From an uncultured Candidatus Saccharibacteria bacterium (lineage in GTDB: Bacteria > Patescibacteriota > Minisyncoccia > 2-02-FULL-40-12 > GWA2-44-9): 64,000 nt of DNA. The position numbers and the translations under genes were made by a program. Positions 59,279-64,000 of this stretch are shown in pieces; positions within the stretch are counted from its first letter, which is position 1; the number at the start of each line of letters is the position of its first letter. The DNA lies in NCBI GenBank assembly GCA_964491455.1, contig CAZBFM010000002.1, positions 28,947 through 92,946 of the forward strand, read 5' to 3'. The notes under the pieces are model-generated. The model saw nothing but the letters and a program-made list of their open reading frames with translations. It was not told the origin of the DNA and searched no databases.

Positions 59279-59896
59279 CTAGCCCAACTTGAAAAGCCGA
59301 CGGAGGTCCTCATCGTAATCGATGTCATATGTCGTGATGCTTCGTGCGTACTTTCGCATCAGAGGATCAGCGAGCAACTTAACGAGGTAACCGGGAAGCT
59401 TGTGCGGCCAGACCCACATACTTCTCTGGAACTCGATGAATCCTTGTCGCTTTAATACACCGCGAAGATAATCGCGGATCGGCCTCTTCGATTCGGGAAC
59501 GTCGAATAACACAATGCGCCACCTTCCATCCCAATGCGTCGCAGCAGTCGAAGATCCCTTTGGCTTTTTCTCTGCCACGGTGTGCTCCATTCGGATGTAT
59601 GCCTTCAAGGCAATGTACTCTCCGGCAGACGTGAGCTCATAGGCATGGTCCGCGTCGCGAACTACCGAGCGCCGGCGCTTCAGTCGGGCTAGTGCAGTAT
59701 AAAAACTATTCTCACTTCGTTGCGCACCCAATAGTCGTACGTGTGGGTGCGCCCGAATCTGATCAAATGTTGCCCTCCCCTTTTGCGAGAGAATAAGGAG
59801 GATTATTTGAGCAACGGAAATATCCGGTCGTAGGACAGAGCCACCCGTCCTGCCAGATGCACGTGACTCTGCGCCGCTCGTTGCCGTATTATCCAT
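59279..59896 (-). CDS. PaaX-family-like transcriptional regulator (wHTH plus Cas2-like C-terminal domain).
   Basis: An N-terminal winged-helix segment (ILLILSQKGRATFDQI), then WDGRWRIVLFDVPESKRPIRDYLRGVLKRQGFIEFQRSMWVWP, typical of the PaaX C-terminal domain. Confidence 0.55.
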   Translation of the reverse strand: MDNTATSGAESRASGRTGGSVLRPDISVAQIILLILSQKGRATFDQIRAHPHVRLLGAQRSENSFYTALARLKRRRSVVRDADHAYELTSAGEYIALKAYIRMEHTVAEKKPKGSSTAATHWDGRWRIVLFDVPESKRPIRDYLRGVLKRQGFIEFQRSMWVWPHKLPGYLVKLLADPLMRKYARSITTYDIDYDEDLRRLFKLG

Positions 59897-59981
59897 CTAT
59901 GGAGCATACACCAACGGCATTGTTAGGCCATCGAATACTGTTGATAAACTGTCAATTATTCACGTTCCGCTGATTACAAAA

Positions 59982-60422
59982 CTAGCGCTTCGTACTCGGT
60001 TCCGGGGTTGGTTGCTGAGGAGGATTGATATTGAGTGCAGTAACATCGATAATGCGCTGCTCACTGGGACGATAGAGGATCGCCTTTTTTGCGGTGTTAT
60101 AGATAAGCACCCTGTCCCCCTTCGTCGCGTAGACGAAAAACGGCTGATCCCTGAGCTTCTCTGGGTCAGTAATTGTTGCCATCACCGGCTCCTCTCCTTC
60201 CGGTAGACGGAAGATTTTGCTCACCGCAGCAACGACATCCTGTACCGTCTGCTCCTTCTTTGCCTGCTGATCCCCTGGTACGCCACGAGTTCCTTGAGTT
60301 AATAGGTAGGTCCCTCCCGCAACCACAATCAGAATCGCACTGACAATGGCCAGGTACTTCTGGGTCCTGGAGAAACCCCGCACACGATCGGCTTGCGCTG
60401 CAATGAATACGTTGAATTTCAT
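59982..60422 (-). CDS. Small membrane-anchored protein, paralog of 56037-56435.
   Basis: TM helix plus LPEGEEPVMATITDPEKLRDQPFFVYATKGDRVLIYNTAKKAILYRPSEQRIIDVTAL. Confidence 0.55.
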   Translation of the reverse strand: MKFNVFIAAQADRVRGFSRTQKYLAIVSAILIVVAGGTYLLTQGTRGVPGDQQAKKEQTVQDVVAAVSKIFRLPEGEEPVMATITDPEKLRDQPFFVYATKGDRVLIYNTAKKAILYRPSEQRIIDVTALNINPPQQPTPEPSTKR

Positions 60423-60459
60423 AGTGTTACTTTACTTAATAAATACAGTGGGAACAAGG

Positions 60460-63400
60460 CTATATCTCAGGGGTTGGCGTTGGTGTAGGCGTCACGTCTG
60501 GGGTTGCTTCAGGGGTTGGCGTTGGTGTAGGCGTCACGTCTGGGGTTGCTTCAGGGGTTGGCGCAATAATGATCCGAGCATTGGTGATCGCCAACGAAAT
60601 CCAGCTCAATGGGATATCGATAGTTGATGGTTTGTTGAGCACAATAGTGAAGCCTCGCGTGCTCTTCTTGGAAATCACGTACCGAATATCGTCAGTGAAC
60701 ACGGCCTGCTCAAGATCCGCCGAGTCGCTTGCTTCATCGAATGCAATCGCAGCGTTCACAACAGGCTGCTGTAGATATTCCTGCTCAAAGCTAATACTGA
60801 CACTCGTAGCACCCGCAGGGATAATAGCGAATCCGCCGGAATCTGCGTTGAAGTATGGTCGTCCAAAGAAATACGTACTTCCCATAAAGGTCGTGGCCTC
60901 TCCGACAGATGATATCGAATCTACTCGGAGTCCTCCAATAATCGTGATTGGCCCACTAAACTCAAGTGATTCAGACTGAGCAATCAGCGCAGCAATATCT
61001 ATCGTAGCGGCGCTCTGACTCGCCACGGACGCCTCAAGTGTTTCGAATCGATACGTGAGCAAATCAATCTCAGCGCTCTGACTGGCGAGCTGCTGAGCCA
61101 TGAGGCCGTCGAGATTTGTCACCATAGCGCGAAGATCACCAAATACCTGCTCAAACTGCGTCGACATCGATGCAATTTGCCCGCTGGCATTCTCAAGCCC
61201 GACAATACTTGATGCTTGAATCGATCGCGCGACGAGATCTCCGGCAAAGTAGGCATTTCCTTCGTTATCGATGCTCACCACAACCTCCGATGCTGAAACA
61301 GATGCTGCGGTACTAAACGACGTCGAGAGCGCGTTTGCACCGTTGCTCGTAATGATAAATCGTCCATCTTCTGCAAGCTTCACTTCAAGCTCCTTGTCTG
61401 TCGGCTCAAATGCGCGGGCGACAACGGTATCTGCCACGACGCGTGGAGTAATGACTTCCAAGCCGGCAACCACGCGATCCGTGAAGAGCTCAGAAAGCTC
61501 TGTTTCCTTGGTGATGCTCTCCTTATCCTGAATCATTTGCGCCAAAATCACACGTCCCATATCTGCATTCTCTGGGATTTCGGAAAGCACGACACCTTGA
61601 TGCGCCATAACGGACTTAAGGTTTGCTCCTGTTGAATACGTGGTATGAATGGAAACCAAGACCTCGCCGATGACTCCGGGTTCAGCATCGTAGTCCTCCA
61701 TGGCAGAGCCGATGATTGAACCTGCTTTATCCGTTCGCACCGCAACACCTGGGATGCTCGATGCCGTGAGACTATCGCCGGCCTTAATCGCGCCATTCGC
61801 CGTCGAAACGCGCACCGGAACACGTCCACTCAACGCTACTGGTCGTGGATTGATGGCGTTATCGGTGATGTCGTTACCAATGATGTACTCTGGATTTGTC
61901 GCAATAACACCAAATATCTTATCTCCGGCAACGGCTGGTTTGAGTTTTGCTGCTGTGTGCTCAACGCCACGCTTGTCGGTGTAGGTGAACATCTCATCGC
62001 TATACGCTACGATATCGGCAAAACTCGCCGATCCATCCGTCTCATACCACTCGGCATAGTCAGCGCCAGACTTCTTGCCACCAACGCCACCGGTGTATGC
62101 CCAGACGATGACTGCACCGTTTGCTCCAGCACCGAATACACCCGTTGGCTCCGATCCACCGCCGCCACCACCACCCGGAACCGTACCGGCGACACCATTC
62201 TTTGCCTGACCTGTAGCAGCACAGCCACTACTTCCAGCGCCACCAGCACCACCAAACGGACTGCTACCTCCTGCACCACCACCCGAACAATCCAGCGCAA
62301 AAGAGTGGCCACCGCTGCTGCCTGCGATATTGATTGTTCCGACAGATCCCGCTGTTCCACCAGCACCACCAGTGACCGTGACGTGTGCAGCTGCTCCATT
62401 TGCCTGAATCTTCAAATCGCCCTTAAAGTTACTATTCGTTCCTGCAGTTCCCGACGTTGCACCTCCCGTACCAACAGCAACATCGATAGTCGAAGCTGAA
62501 ACACCAACAATACTCGATGCATACGCTCCACCACCCCCACCAGCGCCAGACGTATTCGAGCCAGCAGTTATACCAGCAGCTCCAGCACCCCAGACCTCAA
62601 CGGATACCGACGCAACGTCATTGGGGCGCGTCCAACTGTTACTGCCAGGAGTTGTGAATACCTGCACCGAGCGAATACTAAATCCACGCGTACAGGAGAA
62701 CTTGCCACCGTTACTACCGGATGCCGTGTACTGCACCACCTGACTGGCATCGTCACAATCGGTAAGTCCTGCGCCAAAGAGCTTGGAGACGGATGCCGTA
62801 CCCGTGACTTCGAGGTTCGTTGAAAGCGATGCGCCCGTGGGAAGCAATGTCATCAAGATATTCGAAGCCTGGAAGCCACCCGCAGCGAACTTCAGGCCAA
62901 CGGTGCTAGATGAGCTCGCCGTGCCAAGGACCAAGTCGCCTGTCTGCGTGTACAAGTATCCATCATGCGCACCAGCCGCTCCGTATTGACCCCAGCGGAA
63001 TGCCGAATTATTAATACCCAAATCAAGATAGTTCGTGGAATCAGTGCCGTCATTTGCCGTAATCACCAAATCCATCGACGCACTCGCGCCGGCGCTCAAG
63101 TTCTGGAGGTTTACCTGCGCATACGAGTTCACATTCGCACCGATCGACATTGGATTATTCGGTAGACTAACGATGTCAACGCCCACATCCATGCGAGTAA
63201 TGGAGGCCATCGGCGCAATCAGCCCCGCGCTAAATGTGTTGACCGCAGACCATGTGTTCGCCATCGCACGAGAAGCGGGACCGTTGGTGTAGTCGAGATT
63301 GAGATCGAGGTAGCCATTAGAAATATCGAGATTGAATGCTGTTCCGTGGAACGAAACGGATGAAACCCGATTTCCATCTGGAGTATCAGTGCCGACATCG

Positions 63401-64000
63401 ATTTGCGTGCCACCACCGGAAAATCCTGTCGTCTGATCTATACCACACGAGAATTGCCCCGTTGCTGAATTCCAAAGCAGTTTCGATGTAGTGGTGTTCG
63501 AGCATGAGGTGAGACCGGAGCCGAAGATCGACGTGAATGTCCACGCACCAGTAATGGTCTGATCTGCGGCACGTGATGCGGGGCCATTTGCCCAATCAAG
63601 ACGGACAATCGCAGAGGATGCGGTGGTGGAGAGGTCGAACTGGTTTGCATCAAACGAGATCGATGAAATCTTAACCTGTGATCCCTCGATGGTGCCAAAA
63701 TCGAGACCTGAGAAGGAACTCGATCCACCTGCGCCGCACGAGAATTTGCCGGTGGTCGCGTCCCAGTTGAGCTTATCGTTGACACCGTCACAGTCCCCAA
63801 GAATTCCTCCTGCAACGGATGGTAAACGGAATGAAGAGATGGAAGCATATCCATCAACTTCGAGATTTGCCGAAATAGAAGCACTATTCCAGAAATACGT
63901 TTGGCCAGAGATGCTTGCTGTACCCGCGACCGACAACGTATTCGTTGGTGTAACCGTATTGATACCAACCGAGCGACTCGCTGTACCGCCGGCGCCATCG
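60460..64000 (-). CDS. Giant Gly/Ser/Thr-rich surface protein (more than 1180 aa; the N-terminus lies beyond the window edge) with a C-terminal Thr-Pro repeat tail.
   Basis: The reading frame stays open through position 64000. The annotated start at 63936 is a TTG. The protein has GxGGxGG-rich beta-helix-like segments. The C-terminus APTPEATPDVTPTPTPTPEATPDVTPTPTPTPEI is encoded by a 42-bp tandem repeat at 60469-60566. Confidence 0.7.
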   Translation of the reverse strand, partial: DGAGGTASRSVGINTVTPTNTLSVAGTASISGQTYFWNSASISANLEVDGYASISSFRLPSVAGGILGDCDGVNDKLNWDATTGKFSCGAGGSSSFSGLDFGTIEGSQVKISSISFDANQFDLSTTASSAIVRLDWANGPASRAADQTITGAWTFTSIFGSGLTSCSNTTTSKLLWNSATGQFSCGIDQTTGFSGGGTQIDVGTDTPDGNRVSSVSFHGTAFNLDISNGYLDLNLDYTNGPASRAMANTWSAVNTFSAGLIAPMASITRMDVGVDIVSLPNNPMSIGANVNSYAQVNLQNLSAGASASMDLVITANDGTDSTNYLDLGINNSAFRWGQYGAAGAHDGYLYTQTGDLVLGTASSSSTVGLKFAAGGFQASNILMTLLPTGASLSTNLEVTGTASVSKLFGAGLTDCDDASQVVQYTASGSNGGKFSCTRGFSIRSVQVFTTPGSNSWTRPNDVASVSVEVWGAGAAGITAGSNTSGAGGGGGAYASSIVGVSASTIDVAVGTGGATSGTAGTNSNFKGDLKIQANGAAAHVTVTGGAGGTAGSVGTINIAGSSGGHSFALDCSGGGAGGSSPFGGAGGAGSSGCAATGQAKNGVAGTVPGGGGGGGSEPTGVFGAGANGAVIVWAYTGGVGGKKSGADYAEWYETDGSASFADIVAYSDEMFTYTDKRGVEHTAAKLKPAVAGDKIFGVIATNPEYIIGNDITDNAINPRPVALSGRVPVRVSTANGAIKAGDSLTASSIPGVAVRTDKAGSIIGSAMEDYDAEPGVIGEVLVSIHTTYSTGANLKSVMAHQGVVLSEIPENADMGRVILAQMIQDKESITKETELSELFTDRVVAGLEVITPRVVADTVVARAFEPTDKELEVKLAEDGRFIITSNGANALSTSFSTAASVSASEVVVSIDNEGNAYFAGDLVARSIQASSIVGLENASGQIASMSTQFEQVFGDLRAMVTNLDGLMAQQLASQSAEIDLLTYRFETLEASVASQSAATIDIAALIAQSESLEFSGPITIIGGLRVDSISSVGEATTFMGSTYFFGRPYFNADSGGFAIIPAGATSVSISFEQEYLQQPVVNAAIAFDEASDSADLEQAVFTDDIRYVISKKSTRGFTIVLNKPSTIDIPLSWISLAITNARIIIAPTPEATPDVTPTPTPTPEATPDVTPTPTPTPEI
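60469..60566. repeat. 42-bp coding tandem repeat (2.3 copies) encoding the TP-rich C-terminal tail of the giant protein.
   Basis: aggggttggcgttggtgtaggcgtcacgtctggggttgcttc repeated twice, then a partial copy. Confidence 0.9.

Overview
This 64-kb window is a gene-dense bacterial region of moderately high GC (by eye about 55-60%), with pockets of lower GC. It has several hallmarks of a reduced-genome, probably episymbiotic lineage (CPR/Patescibacteria-like): a split transketolase; a membrane H+-pyrophosphatase; a Gram-positive-style type IV pilus module without secretin; many giant LamG/concanavalin-type surface proteins; and a divergent 16S rRNA whose universal primer sites carry mismatches. 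The 16S gene is a stand-alone transcription unit, with no 23S or 5S in the window. The usual spacer tRNA pair, Ile(GAU) and Ala(UGC), lies about 9 kb away from it. Housekeeping genes include pepN, pth, a CopA P-type ATPase, hppA, rmuC, gap, rnhB, trmD, leuS and gpmI. The most unusual content is as follows. (1) A 15-gene co-directional, largely translationally coupled array (16138-30718) joins an MIO-type aromatic amino-acid ammonia-lyase/aminomutase homolog, a PaaK-like adenylating ligase, an E1/ThiF-like enzyme and an extended nitroreductase to a two-component system, a receiver-domain::PilB fusion ATPase and a complete pilin set. (2) A vWA protein is paired with a Ser/Thr-kinase homolog that lacks the catalytic HRD aspartate (a TerY-P-like dyad without the phosphatase). 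(3) A perfect 40-bp tandem repeat of about 4.5 copies encodes the C-terminus and stop codon of copA. (4) Three tandem LamG surface-protein genes carry roughly 300-bp perfect direct repeats across their gene junctions, and the surface-protein operons are flanked by three copies of a small membrane-anchored paralog. (5) A 44-codon, six-cysteine zinc-ribbon ORF, missed by the ORF track, sits between two terminators downstream of the 16S gene. All calls rest on motif-level reading of the translations. Nothing was checked against a database.
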